In this document: one piece after another, positions 20,396-30,469 of the stretch
Layout: every line of letters begins with the position of its first letter
Numbering within the stretch: the stretch's first letter is position 1
Virus record (IMG/VR): IMGVR_UViG_3300027782_000076
DNA: 64,000 nt
DNA from: an uncultured virus (IMG/VR IMGVR_UViG_3300027782_000076)
Lineage: Duplodnaviria; Heunggongvirae; Uroviricota; Caudoviricetes; Crassvirales
Direction: 5' to 3' (one strand)
Notes under the pieces: generated by a model
Seen by the model: the letters and a program-made list of their open reading frames with translations, nothing else
Databases searched by the model: none
What the model was told of the DNA's origin: nothing
Position numbers and translations under genes: made by a program

Positions 20396-21136
20396 ATGAA
20401 AAATGCAACACCTGTAGACAAGGTCTACAAATTAACAAAAGAAGCAGCTCCACTTTCGTACACGCTGCCTATAAGAAATTCAAGACGCTATCCATTACTT
20501 TGGTTTGACGAAACAAATAACGTCAACAGAGCATTAAGATATGCTGTCAATCAAAGAACTCCTTTCGAGGACGAACAAGACGGTAATGCTATTGTTGAAC
20601 CTGTTATTTTTGAAAATGGCTTTTTAAGCGTTCCAAGAACTAACCCTGTTTTACAACAATTTTTATATTACCATCCATTAAACGGTAAATCTTTTATTGA
20701 GGTTAACCACGAGAAGGATGCCAATAAAGAAGTAGAGATTTTAAATGTTGAAGTTGATGCGCTTATTGAGGCACGTCAATTATCAATAGACCAATTAGAA
20801 ACAGTATCAAGAGTATTGTTTGGAAGAGACCCACAGAAAGTAACTACAGCTGAGTTAAAGAGAGATATATTGGTGTTTGCTAAAAGAGACCCAAGAGCTT
20901 TCTTAAACGTATTAAATGACCCAATGCTTAGACATAATGCTAACGTTCACGTGTTCTTTAATGCTAAGCTATTAACTTTTAGAAACAACAATAAGGAGGT
21001 TTGGTTTAATACCGCTACCAATAAAAAGAAGATGCTTTCAGTTCCATACGGAGAAGACCCTTATGTAGCAGTAGGTCATTACTTACAATCTGATGAAGGT
21101 CTTGACTATTTAAAAATGTTAGAGAGTAATCTATAG
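20396..21136 (+). CDS. Hypothetical structural-module protein
   Basis: 246-aa ORF between capsid and tail genes. Confidence 0.7.
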   Translation: MKNATPVDKVYKLTKEAAPLSYTLPIRNSRRYPLLWFDETNNVNRALRYAVNQRTPFEDEQDGNAIVEPVIFENGFLSVPRTNPVLQQFLYYHPLNGKSFIEVNHEKDANKEVEILNVEVDALIEARQLSIDQLETVSRVLFGRDPQKVTTAELKRDILVFAKRDPRAFLNVLNDPMLRHNANVHVFFNAKLLTFRNNNKEVWFNTATNKKKMLSVPYGEDPYVAVGHYLQSDEGLDYLKMLESNL

Positions 21137-21164
21137 ATTAGTTTATAGTAAAAATACAATTAAC

Positions 21165-21191
21165 GGGGGTGCAATTTGTACCCCCTTTTTT
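21165..21191 (+). terminator. Intrinsic terminator
   Basis: GGGGGTGCA/TGTACCCCC plus T run; followed by promoter TATATTTG at 21195-21202. Confidence 0.75.
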
Positions 21192-21219
21192 CTTTATATT
21201 TGTAAAAAAAAGAATATAG

Positions 21220-21975
21220 ATGATTAACGACGTAAGAAACACAGTCTTATCCGTGTTAAATAAAAATAACTACGGGTATATCTCTCCATCAGACTTTAAC
21301 TTGTACGCTAAAAATGCGCAAATGGAGATGTATGAGGAGTATTTTAGTAGTTACAATAAGACTATAAATGCTGAGAATGCTCGTTTGTCAGGTACAGATT
21401 ACGCTGATATTGAAAGTCCTTTAGCTGAAACTTTAGAAACTTTTATGCATACAGATACGCTTGTTCAAGTATCACCTACAACTAATAAATATTACTATCC
21501 ATCCTTAGTAACTACGGGGCATAACGCCTATATGGTTTCTAAGATAGAAATCTATAATTCATTAGTACCAAATAAGCGTTTAGGCGAAGCTGAAAAGGTT
21601 TCTGTTAGTAAGATTAATATGTTGGTAGATTCTATTTATACAACTCCTAATACCAAGTACCCTGCATATACATTGCTTGGAGATATTATTACGGTTTACC
21701 CTGAAACAATTAATGGGGTTAACTCTGTACAATGCACATACTTTAGTTATCCTGCAGACCCTAAATGGACTTACATTACTTTAGTAAATGGTGAGCCTGC
21801 GTTTGACCAATCACAACCTGACTACCAAGACTTTGAATTACCACTTGAAGATGGATATAAATTAGTTATGAAGATTCTTCAGTATTGTGGTATTTCTATT
21901 AGAGAGTCTGAAGTTGTAGCTTACGCAATAGGTCAAGAACAACACGAACAACCGACGTTCAGTCAACAACAATAA
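21220..21975 (+). CDS. Tail adaptor/ring-like virion protein
   Basis: GYISPSDFN..A..AQ N-terminus, Y..YP.DPKW, DFELP; position after the capsid genes. Confidence 0.55.
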   Translation: MINDVRNTVLSVLNKNNYGYISPSDFNLYAKNAQMEMYEEYFSSYNKTINAENARLSGTDYADIESPLAETLETFMHTDTLVQVSPTTNKYYYPSLVTTGHNAYMVSKIEIYNSLVPNKRLGEAEKVSVSKINMLVDSIYTTPNTKYPAYTLLGDIITVYPETINGVNSVQCTYFSYPADPKWTYITLVNGEPAFDQSQPDYQDFELPLEDGYKLVMKILQYCGISIRESEVVAYAIGQEQHEQPTFSQQQ

Positions 21976-21986
21976 AAATATAGATT

Positions 21987-22910
21987 ATGGCATACATATC
22001 ACAATACGAATACTACGATAATAATGGAACGGCTCCCGAAGATAAAAATTGGGGGTCGTACCAATACGTATCACTATATGATATAGTTAATAACTTTTTA
22101 TTAATGTATTATGGTAATCACTCTTTAGTAAATAATGAGGAGAGGTATAAGATTCTATTCCACGCTAAGAGAGCGGTTCAAGAATTAAACTACGATGCAT
22201 TTAAAGAAGTTAAAGCATTAGAGTTAACCGTAGCAAGTAATTTGATTTACGTATTACCATCTGACTATGTCAATTGGGTACGTATTTCTTTGTACAAGGA
22301 TGGTTATTTAAGACCACTTTCAGAAAACATTCAGACTTTATCTGCTAATGCTTATCTTCAAGACAATAAAGGGTTTCTTTTATTTGACCAAGATGGAAAT
22401 ATCTTGTCTCCTGAAAATTCAGAGATTGATTTTCAAAGATTACATAATCAAAAGAAAGACATCTACTTAAATCCTAATAGTCCTTACAATGGGCAAGAGG
22501 GTTGGTATATGGACGGACTATGGTACTTTCAATTTACTATTGGTTCTCGTTTTGGTTTAAATACAGAAACTGCTAACTTTAACCCAACATTCAATATTGA
22601 TAAGAAGAAGGGTGTAATTAATTTTAGTTCAGATATGATGGAGCAGTCGTGTATCCTTGAGTATATATCTGATGGTATGGAAAATGGAGATGACTCTTTA
22701 GTAACTGTCAATAAATTATTTGAGTCGTATATATACGCATACATCCAATACGAAATAGTAAACTCTAAATTAGGAGTTCAGGAATATGTCGTTGTACGTG
22801 CTCGTAAAAACAAATCTGCATTATTAAGAAATGCAAAAATTAGAATTAGCAATATACATCCGGGAAGATTATTAATGAATCTAAGAGGGATGGATAAGAT
22901 GATTAAATAA
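21987..22910 (+). CDS. Tail ring-like structural protein
   Basis: LPSDYVNWVRIS and ILEYISDG motifs; position in the tail module. Confidence 0.55.
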   Translation: MAYISQYEYYDNNGTAPEDKNWGSYQYVSLYDIVNNFLLMYYGNHSLVNNEERYKILFHAKRAVQELNYDAFKEVKALELTVASNLIYVLPSDYVNWVRISLYKDGYLRPLSENIQTLSANAYLQDNKGFLLFDQDGNILSPENSEIDFQRLHNQKKDIYLNPNSPYNGQEGWYMDGLWYFQFTIGSRFGLNTETANFNPTFNIDKKKGVINFSSDMMEQSCILEYISDGMENGDDSLVTVNKLFESYIYAYIQYEIVNSKLGVQEYVVVRARKNKSALLRNAKIRISNIHPGRLLMNLRGMDKMIK

Positions 22911-22914
22911 TATT

Positions 22915-25900
22915 ATGGCGAATATAACAAGGAATTTTACAGCGGGCAGAATGAATAAGGTTGTCGATGAGAGACTTATTCCTAATGGTGAGTATATTGA
23001 TGCTTTAAATATTAGGATGGGTTCTACCGAACAATCTGAGATTGGCACTATTGAAAATACCAAAGGTAATCTACCGCTTACTACTTTAAGATATATTGAT
23101 GGTACACCATTAAGTGATGCCGCAAGATGTATCGGTGCTGTTGAAGATTCTGCTAACGAAACTCTTTATTGGTTTGTACACGACCCTAATTTTCCATTAG
23201 GTTTTACAAACAAACTTGATATGATAGTTTCATTTAATATTAATACTAATATTTTAACTTACCATATTATAAGTGTAAACGATGGGGATGGTAACAATAC
23301 AACATTAAATTTTAACCCAACTTATTTAATTACAGGAGTTAATATAGTTAGTGATTTCTTATATTTTACAGATAACTATAATCCACCTCGTTTTATTAAT
23401 ACTAAAACAAGTTATACTAATCCTATTTCCTTTGTAGATACATTTACTGCAGAGTCAATTTTAGTTATAAAGCAACCTCCTATTGAGGCACCTGCTATTC
23501 AACCTATTGTTATAAGCAATCAAGATAATTTCTTGGAGACAAGATTTATTTGCTTTGCTTATAGATATGAGTATGCTGATGGGCAGTATTCTGCTACATC
23601 TCAATTCTCTGCTCCTTCTTTTTATCCTAAACCATTTAATTTTAGTATTGAAAGTTATTTAAATGAGGGTATGGTAAATAATACCAATGCTTGTAATATA
23701 ACTTACAATTCAGGAGGACCTCTTGTTAAAAGTATTGACTTACTTTTTAAAGATGCCGATGGTAATATTATTAGAGTTATTGAGAAATTAAATAAACAAA
23801 AATTAGGTTTATCTAATAATACAGAATACACTTATCAATTTTCAAATAGTAAAATATTTACTGTATTACCTGAATCTGAGTTGCTTAGATTATACGATAA
23901 TGTACCTCTTCTTGCACAGGCTCAGACTATTATGGGTAATAGATTAATGTATGGTAATTATATTGAGGGATACGACCTTGTAGATTTAAATGGTTTCCCA
24001 ACAAAACTTGAATATACTGCAGATTTATTAAGTGAAACAATTGGTAGTACATTTATTCCTGATGGAACAGCTGTTGGTGATTATACTATTAATGGACCTA
24101 TATCTGTAACAGATGCATACGTTACTTTTGATTTAGAAGGCTTAGATTTAGTAACAGGTTCAGTAATTAACTTAGATGTTAATATTGAACACGCTCAATT
24201 TTCAGGTGAAGAACCTTATCCAACAGAAACTACAAATACTATACAATTCTCATTCACATTTTATTTGCAAAAAAATTACGCTTCGGCTTATGATTTAGCA
24301 AATAGTACAGAATTTAAAGAAGCTATTGGTACAATTTATAACATTAAGCCTGTATATTCTGCAAATCCATTAGACCCAACGTCTTGTGATGGTACTACAT
24401 TTACAGATAATGTAAATTGTCTTTTACCAAATACATTAGATTCTTTAATAAAATATAGGAGTGGTATAACAGGGACAAACCAACCTATATACATTAATTC
24501 ATCTCCAAGTAGTTCTATTATTAAATTATTATTCCCTTCAATGGAATACGTTAATAATGTAACTACTCCTACTCAAAGTGTATTTGAATATTATCAAGTA
24601 AATTTTGCTCAGGCAACTTTTCAAGAAATAGCAAATCCTGCAAGTTTACATAGTAATAGAGACTATGAAATTGGTATTGTTTATATGGATGAATTTAATA
24701 GGTCTTCTACAGCATTAGTAAGTCTTAATAACACTCAACATATTCCTTGTGGTTACTCTTCAAAAAAGAACAGTATCATTGTAACTATACCTCCAACTCA
24801 AGTAGCTCCTTATTGGGCAACAAGATATAAGTTTGTAATTAAACCTGACGAAGAAAACTATGAGACTATTTATAGTAGCATTTTCTTTAAAGACCCAAAT
24901 ACAAGCGAAACATATTTTTTACTTGAAGGTGAAAATGCAAGAAAGGTAGAGCAAGGAGATAGATTTATTGTTAAGGCAGATTCTGATGGACCTACACAAA
25001 GTTGTGTGTATGCAACTGTTTTAGAAAAAGAATCTAAGTCTGAGAATTTTATTGTTGTACCAAGTGAGTTAGACCCTACTCAAGACATATATGTTCCTTC
25101 AGGAGTTTATATGAAAATAAACACAAATAGTTTTTCTGCTGTTACTGATGAATTATCTATAATAGCTCCGGGAAATTTACTTACAACGGCTGAGTACGAA
25201 GGTACATCTCCTATATTAAATTACCCAATGAATGTTGCTCGTGTAGCAGGATATGACCCTGCAAATCCAACTTGGGTATATCAAGATTATACCGTACCTG
25301 CAGGTAGTATTATTAGATTAAACATTAAGTTATCAAGATTAGGTAAAGGTGATGGTACAGGTTATTGTGAAAGAAGAATATATACTTTAGAACAAGAATA
25401 TACTTCATCAACTAATTATGAAAATATGCAAGATTGGTGGAATGGAGATAATATCCAAACTACAATTGATAATGGTATAGCAGAGTGTGGAGGTGGGTGT
25501 ATAATTAATAATGAATATATAGAAACTACTGCAACAACTGCAATAGATGTTCCAACAGCTCTTGGCACTAACTATTATAAATTTTATAGAAACGCTACAA
25601 CAAATTACTTAGGATTACTTATTACAGGAACGTGGACTTGTGGCGGAAGTCGTGCGGGTAGATTATCAAAGGCAAGTGCAGACATAACTGTTTACAGAGC
25701 AGAAACTACAATTGTGTTTGAAACAGAACCTCAAAATGCACAGCCAAACATTTGGTTTGAAAATGATTTATCATTCCCAATTGTAAATGGATACCATCAA
25801 GGAAATATTGAAGACCAAACAGATGTAGTACCTGCTGTTATAGATACAAAGTTTTATAACTGCTTTGCATTTGGTAATGGTGTAGAGAGTTATAAAATTC

Positions 25901-27624
25901 GTGATTCAATTACAGGAAGAGCGTTTAACTTGGGTAATAGAGTAACATCTGTTGCTAATCAAGATTACAAACAAGTTAATAGATTTGCTGATATTACTTA
26001 TAGTGGTATATTTAATAACGAGTCTAATGTAAATAAACTTAATGAGTTTAACTTAGGTTTAATAAATTACAAACCTTTAGAAATTTCATTTGGTCCTATT
26101 TATGTAATGGACGCAAGAAAGACAGACATACTTGTATTACAAGAAGATAAAATATCTTACGTATTAGAAAGTAAAAGTTTATTATCTGATTCTGCGGGTG
26201 GTGGAGCATTAACATCTGTACCTGAAGTATTGGGCACTCAGATTGCTCGTACCGAAAAATATGGTATTAGCTTAAATCCTGAAAGTTATGTTCAGTGGGG
26301 AGCAGATAGATACTTTACGGATACTAAGAGAGGAGCTGTATTACAATTAACAGGCGATGAAGTTTCTTTGGGTCAATTAAATGTAGTATCAGAAATGGGG
26401 ATGAGGTCTTGGTTTAGAGATTTATTTAATGAATCTTTTAATACTCAAAAACTTGGGGGTTTTGACCCTTATATGAATGAGTATGTATTATCATCTAATA
26501 ATATATCAATACCAAGTAATCCTCAGTGTTTAGATTGTGGTGTTACTCAAACATTTATTTTAGCTGCAGAGCAAACTGTAAACTACTGCGTAGATTTAAG
26601 TCAATTAGTAGGAGAGGTAACAATTTCTTATATAGTTTATGGTGAAGCACAATTCCTTATCACTGAAACAGGTGAAATGAAAATGATAACTGAGACTAAT
26701 GATGATTACATTATTGCAGAAGGTATAACAGCTCAGGTTTTAATTAATGCAGATTATAATGATACCATCTATAGTTCAGGATTTGTAAGCAGTGAAGGTA
26801 GTTTTAGTTTTAATAAAAACTTACAAAGTGTTAGCACAGTTAATATTAGTCTCTTGGCTAATATGAATGTTGGTGTACAAATAATAGTTAGTTGCCCTGC
26901 TCAACAAGAATTAAAAATTGTTAATGTTGTCCTTACAAATAACTACGAGGCAGGAAGTGCAATACACGCTCAATATAGATATGTAGATGGAGCATTTACA
27001 TCTCCATTGCAGTCTAATGCTGTAACATTTGTTGCAGGAACAGCTAACCCTCTTGTGTCTTATTATAATATGTTGACAGGGTATGTGGGTACAGGTGGAT
27101 TCCCTCCTGTAGGAAGCATAATGACTCTTAGCACTAATAAATATTCAGGCGATACATTTGATTTTAATATTGCAAAAGACAAGTTTAAATATCATAGGTC
27201 TAATACTTTATATGCTAATAATCCAACAGCTATCCAATCGTTATTAGCAGTAGCAACTATAGCAACTCCTAACCAAGGAGGCGGTAATTATTTTTATGCT
27301 AACTTTACGGTTCCATCTACAGGATTATATTTATACCAAATATGGGACTTTAGAGATTCAGTAGCAGAAAATTTATGTTACGATGCTACAGATAGATATA
27401 CTATTTGTTGTGATTGTGAATTACCTTGTCGTACATATGCAGCTGAAGGAATGGAAACACCTACTGCAGAGATTGAGTGGATTGATTGTAGTGGAGATAC
27501 CCAAATATTAACAATAACAGAAGAAACTCCATTACCATATAATATATGTGTATTAAAACCTAATACTCCTACAGTAATTAGTGGAGTTATAGGATTTGAT
27601 TTATTAGGTGATTGCAGTGTTTAA
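22915..27624 (+). CDS. Tail stabilisation/nozzle (muzzle)-like protein
   Basis: 1569 aa, beta-rich; MNK..DERLIP.GEYIDALN N-terminus, LYFTDNYNPPR.IN, NRLMYGNY. Confidence 0.65.
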   Translation: MANITRNFTAGRMNKVVDERLIPNGEYIDALNIRMGSTEQSEIGTIENTKGNLPLTTLRYIDGTPLSDAARCIGAVEDSANETLYWFVHDPNFPLGFTNKLDMIVSFNINTNILTYHIISVNDGDGNNTTLNFNPTYLITGVNIVSDFLYFTDNYNPPRFINTKTSYTNPISFVDTFTAESILVIKQPPIEAPAIQPIVISNQDNFLETRFICFAYRYEYADGQYSATSQFSAPSFYPKPFNFSIESYLNEGMVNNTNACNITYNSGGPLVKSIDLLFKDADGNIIRVIEKLNKQKLGLSNNTEYTYQFSNSKIFTVLPESELLRLYDNVPLLAQAQTIMGNRLMYGNYIEGYDLVDLNGFPTKLEYTADLLSETIGSTFIPDGTAVGDYTINGPISVTDAYVTFDLEGLDLVTGSVINLDVNIEHAQFSGEEPYPTETTNTIQFSFTFYLQKNYASAYDLANSTEFKEAIGTIYNIKPVYSANPLDPTSCDGTTFTDNVNCLLPNTLDSLIKYRSGITGTNQPIYINSSPSSSIIKLLFPSMEYVNNVTTPTQSVFEYYQVNFAQATFQEIANPASLHSNRDYEIGIVYMDEFNRSSTALVSLNNTQHIPCGYSSKKNSIIVTIPPTQVAPYWATRYKFVIKPDEENYETIYSSIFFKDPNTSETYFLLEGENARKVEQGDRFIVKADSDGPTQSCVYATVLEKESKSENFIVVPSELDPTQDIYVPSGVYMKINTNSFSAVTDELSIIAPGNLLTTAEYEGTSPILNYPMNVARVAGYDPANPTWVYQDYTVPAGSIIRLNIKLSRLGKGDGTGYCERRIYTLEQEYTSSTNYENMQDWWNGDNIQTTIDNGIAECGGGCIINNEYIETTATTAIDVPTALGTNYYKFYRNATTNYLGLLITGTWTCGGSRAGRLSKASADITVYRAETTIVFETEPQNAQPNIWFENDLSFPIVNGYHQGNIEDQTDVVPAVIDTKFYNCFAFGNGVESYKIRDSITGRAFNLGNRVTSVANQDYKQVNRFADITYSGIFNNESNVNKLNEFNLGLINYKPLEISFGPIYVMDARKTDILVLQEDKISYVLESKSLLSDSAGGGALTSVPEVLGTQIARTEKYGISLNPESYVQWGADRYFTDTKRGAVLQLTGDEVSLGQLNVVSEMGMRSWFRDLFNESFNTQKLGGFDPYMNEYVLSSNNISIPSNPQCLDCGVTQTFILAAEQTVNYCVDLSQLVGEVTISYIVYGEAQFLITETGEMKMITETNDDYIIAEGITAQVLINADYNDTIYSSGFVSSEGSFSFNKNLQSVSTVNISLLANMNVGVQIIVSCPAQQELKIVNVVLTNNYEAGSAIHAQYRYVDGAFTSPLQSNAVTFVAGTANPLVSYYNMLTGYVGTGGFPPVGSIMTLSTNKYSGDTFDFNIAKDKFKYHRSNTLYANNPTAIQSLLAVATIATPNQGGGNYFYANFTVPSTGLYLYQIWDFRDSVAENLCYDATDRYTICCDCELPCRTYAAEGMETPTAEIEWIDCSGDTQILTITEETPLPYNICVLKPNTPTVISGVIGFDLLGDCSV

Positions 27625-27636
27625 ATAAATAAAAAT

Positions 27637-28329
27637 ATGCCAATATCAACAACTTACTACTTAAATGCACCAACACTTGGCACGGCAACTGCAGTCTTTA
27701 CGGATGCGGCACTAACTACTTGTGCTCCTAATGGGTATTATTCAGATACTACAATTACAAGGGAGCAGATAGATTGCGTATTACAGGTAGCTCAAAACTG
27801 TCCAAGCTGTTGCATTTTTCCATTTACTACAACTGAATTAGTTCAAACAAGTTCAACTTTAGCTTGCTCACAAGCAATAGATACTACCTATTACTATCAG
27901 ACTAATGATTGTTTAGATAACGGTCTTGCTGTAGGTGACTTAGTATTTTATGATAGTTTAGGGGTTAATCCATTACCTAATGGTTGGTATACTATAGCTA
28001 CAGTTAATCCTGAGTGTGCTATGTCATATCAAACTGTATTGGGCGTTGTAACGGAATTTGTAAGTTGCTGTGTACTTATACCATATGGGTCAAGTACAAC
28101 TCCTGTGGGGGCATTTGGAGAAGTTTGTGGGCAAGAGATTCCTTCAATATATTATACAAACTCAGTAACACCAACATTAGTAATAGGTGATGCTGTTTAT
28201 GAAGATGAATTTGGACTTACACCTTTAGCAAATGGGTGGTATTTAACACCTACTGAAAATCCTGAATGCCCTGATGGGTACGAGGTATTAGATGGAGTAA
28301 TTCTTACTATGTATAATTGTTGTGCTTAA
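27637..28329 (+). CDS. Cys-rich repeat virion protein
   Basis: About three repeats of YY...L.xGD.V..D..G..PL.NGWY; many Cys. Confidence 0.65.
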   Translation: MPISTTYYLNAPTLGTATAVFTDAALTTCAPNGYYSDTTITREQIDCVLQVAQNCPSCCIFPFTTTELVQTSSTLACSQAIDTTYYYQTNDCLDNGLAVGDLVFYDSLGVNPLPNGWYTIATVNPECAMSYQTVLGVVTEFVSCCVLIPYGSSTTPVGAFGEVCGQEIPSIYYTNSVTPTLVIGDAVYEDEFGLTPLANGWYLTPTENPECPDGYEVLDGVILTMYNCCA

Positions 28330-28339
28330 TATTAAATAG

Positions 28340-29140
28340 ATGGAATATACATTAACATATAGTGAAGCGGCAAAGGGGTGGGTATCATTTTACTCATTCC
28401 AACCTGATTGGATGATTGGGATGAACAATTACTTTTATACATTTAAAGGAGGTAACTTGTATCGTCATAATGTCAATTCAGTTAGGAATAACTTCTATGG
28501 AAACCAATACTTCTCACAACTAACGAGTGTGTTTAATGATGCTCCGCTTGAGAATAAATTATTTAAAACCATAAACTTAGAGGGTGACGACGCTTGGTCT
28601 GCAAGTTTAGCTACCGACATTCAAACGACAGGGTTTATTGAGTATGATTGGTTCTCTAAGAAAGAGCAGTCTTACTTTGCATTTGTCAGAAACTCAGGCA
28701 CGGTGCCGGCATCGCCCGACCAATACCCATTAAGGTCATTAAATGGTATAGGCAGAAGCATCTCCGTATCGGGTCCTAACACAGCACAGATTATTAACTT
28801 TTCTATTAACCCATTAATAGTTATAGGAAGCATTATTAGTATAGGTGACTATGTGTACTATGCAATACCCCCTTCAACAGCATTAGTGCTTGCAGGACAG
28901 GTAACGGCTATTAATGTGGATTACCCTAACGGTATTAATAGAATAGTTATTGACTCTACAATTGTAGGCGCGGTCTATCCTATACCATCTCAAACAGCTT
29001 ATTTCTTATACATTAAGAACTCGGTGGCTGAATCTCACGGTGTATTGGGTCACTACTGCACATTTACTCTTCAAAACACTAATACCAATAAGATAGAATT
29101 ATTTGCTGCAGAGGCGGATATTATGAAAAGTTATCCATAA
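28340..29140 (+). CDS. Tail structural protein
   Basis: TLTYSE..KGWVSFYSF.P, K.FKTINLEG; in the tail module. Confidence 0.6.
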   Translation: MEYTLTYSEAAKGWVSFYSFQPDWMIGMNNYFYTFKGGNLYRHNVNSVRNNFYGNQYFSQLTSVFNDAPLENKLFKTINLEGDDAWSASLATDIQTTGFIEYDWFSKKEQSYFAFVRNSGTVPASPDQYPLRSLNGIGRSISVSGPNTAQIINFSINPLIVIGSIISIGDYVYYAIPPSTALVLAGQVTAINVDYPNGINRIVIDSTIVGAVYPIPSQTAYFLYIKNSVAESHGVLGHYCTFTLQNTNTNKIELFAAEADIMKSYP

Positions 29141-29161
29141 AAACTTTATCTTTGTACTAAG

Positions 29162-29572
29162 ATGGTATTTACTATACGACCTTTAAATACAAACGATTAC
29201 GAGGACATTCTTATAGGATGGTGGAGAGATTGGGGGTTTGAACCTCCTGCTAAAGACTTTTTACCAAGTGATGGTACGGGTGGTATTATGGTATTAGATG
29301 GAGATGTGCCAATTTGTGCGGGTTTTATGTACGCAACAAACTCTAAAATAGTTTGGATAAATTGGATTATATCAAACAAACAATACAGAAAGAAACCATA
29401 TAGAAAGCAAGCGATTAAAGTTTTACTTGAGACGCTTACTAATAGTAGCAAAGAGGCAGGGTATAAATATGGTTATGCTTTAATCCAAAATAATGGTTTA
29501 GTGGAAACATATAAACAACTTGGATATACTGAAGGTCATAAATATACACAGGAATTAATAAAAATATTTTAA
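29162..29572 (+). CDS. GNAT-like acetyltransferase
   Basis: IRPL...DY N-terminus, L..TYKQLGY C-terminus; promoter at 29147-29154. Confidence 0.55.
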   Translation: MVFTIRPLNTNDYEDILIGWWRDWGFEPPAKDFLPSDGTGGIMVLDGDVPICAGFMYATNSKIVWINWIISNKQYRKKPYRKQAIKVLLETLTNSSKEAGYKYGYALIQNNGLVETYKQLGYTEGHKYTQELIKIF

Positions 29573-29574
29573 CA

Positions 29575-30465
29575 ATGGGAGTAGAAACCGCATTAATAAT
29601 TGGCTCAATAGCTGTATCGGCAGGTTCTGCAGGTATGTCATTTGCAGAGGCAGGGAAACAAAGAAAACTTCAACAAGATGCAGAGAAAGATGCAGCTAAA
29701 GCATTAGCCGAAGCTCGTAAAAAACTTGACGTTAATTACTATGCAAACTTAGGTATTAATAAAGAACCTTATCAATTAGAGCGTGAGGCTTTAGTTTCTG
29801 CGGGAGCACAGGCTATTCAAGCAGGGCAAGAAAGCGAGAGAGGAGCGGCTGCTACGGCAGGTCGTATTCAGATGGCGCAACAGCAAGGTCAAAGAGAAAT
29901 AGCAGGTGCTATGGGAGCTGAGATGGCAGGACTTGAAAAATTAACTGCACAAGAAGATTTGAGATTAGCAGGAGCTCAAGCAGGTTTATACTTAAACGAA
30001 GCTGAAGGTGCTCAACTTGCAGCACGTGACGCTCAACAGGCGGCTACTGCATACACAACAGCAGGTGTTCAAGGTATAGCAAATGCAGCTGCACAAACTA
30101 TAGCATCTGCCGCGCCTTTATATTCAAAAACAAATTTAAATGTTGCGGGAAGTGCGGGAGGAGTATCACCTTCGACTTCAAATCAAACATTTCAAGGAAC
30201 ACCATTTGCTGCACCTGCAGCATTAGGCTTAGGACAGATTGCTCCACAAGCATCAAGACCTGTTATGCCTCAAGGTAATATAGCACAAGCTAATATAGCA
30301 AGTCAATTTAAAAACACACCGTTTGGGACTCCTATGCCATTTGGTGGAGCTCAAGGAGCAAGCCCATTAAATGCATTTAATAATCCTTCATTAGGCGGAA
30401 TAACTAAAGAGAAATTAGGATTAATGAGTAAAGAAGAATTATTAAGGTTATTAGGAGGTATATAA
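29575..30465 (+). CDS. Probable DNA ejection/internal virion protein
   Basis: A/G/Q-rich with hydrophobic N-terminus; podophage position. Confidence 0.6.
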   Translation: MGVETALIIGSIAVSAGSAGMSFAEAGKQRKLQQDAEKDAAKALAEARKKLDVNYYANLGINKEPYQLEREALVSAGAQAIQAGQESERGAAATAGRIQMAQQQGQREIAGAMGAEMAGLEKLTAQEDLRLAGAQAGLYLNEAEGAQLAARDAQQAATAYTTAGVQGIANAAAQTIASAAPLYSKTNLNVAGSAGGVSPSTSNQTFQGTPFAAPAALGLGQIAPQASRPVMPQGNIAQANIASQFKNTPFGTPMPFGGAQGASPLNAFNNPSLGGITKEKLGLMSKEELLRLLGGI

Positions 30466-30469
30466 ATAT

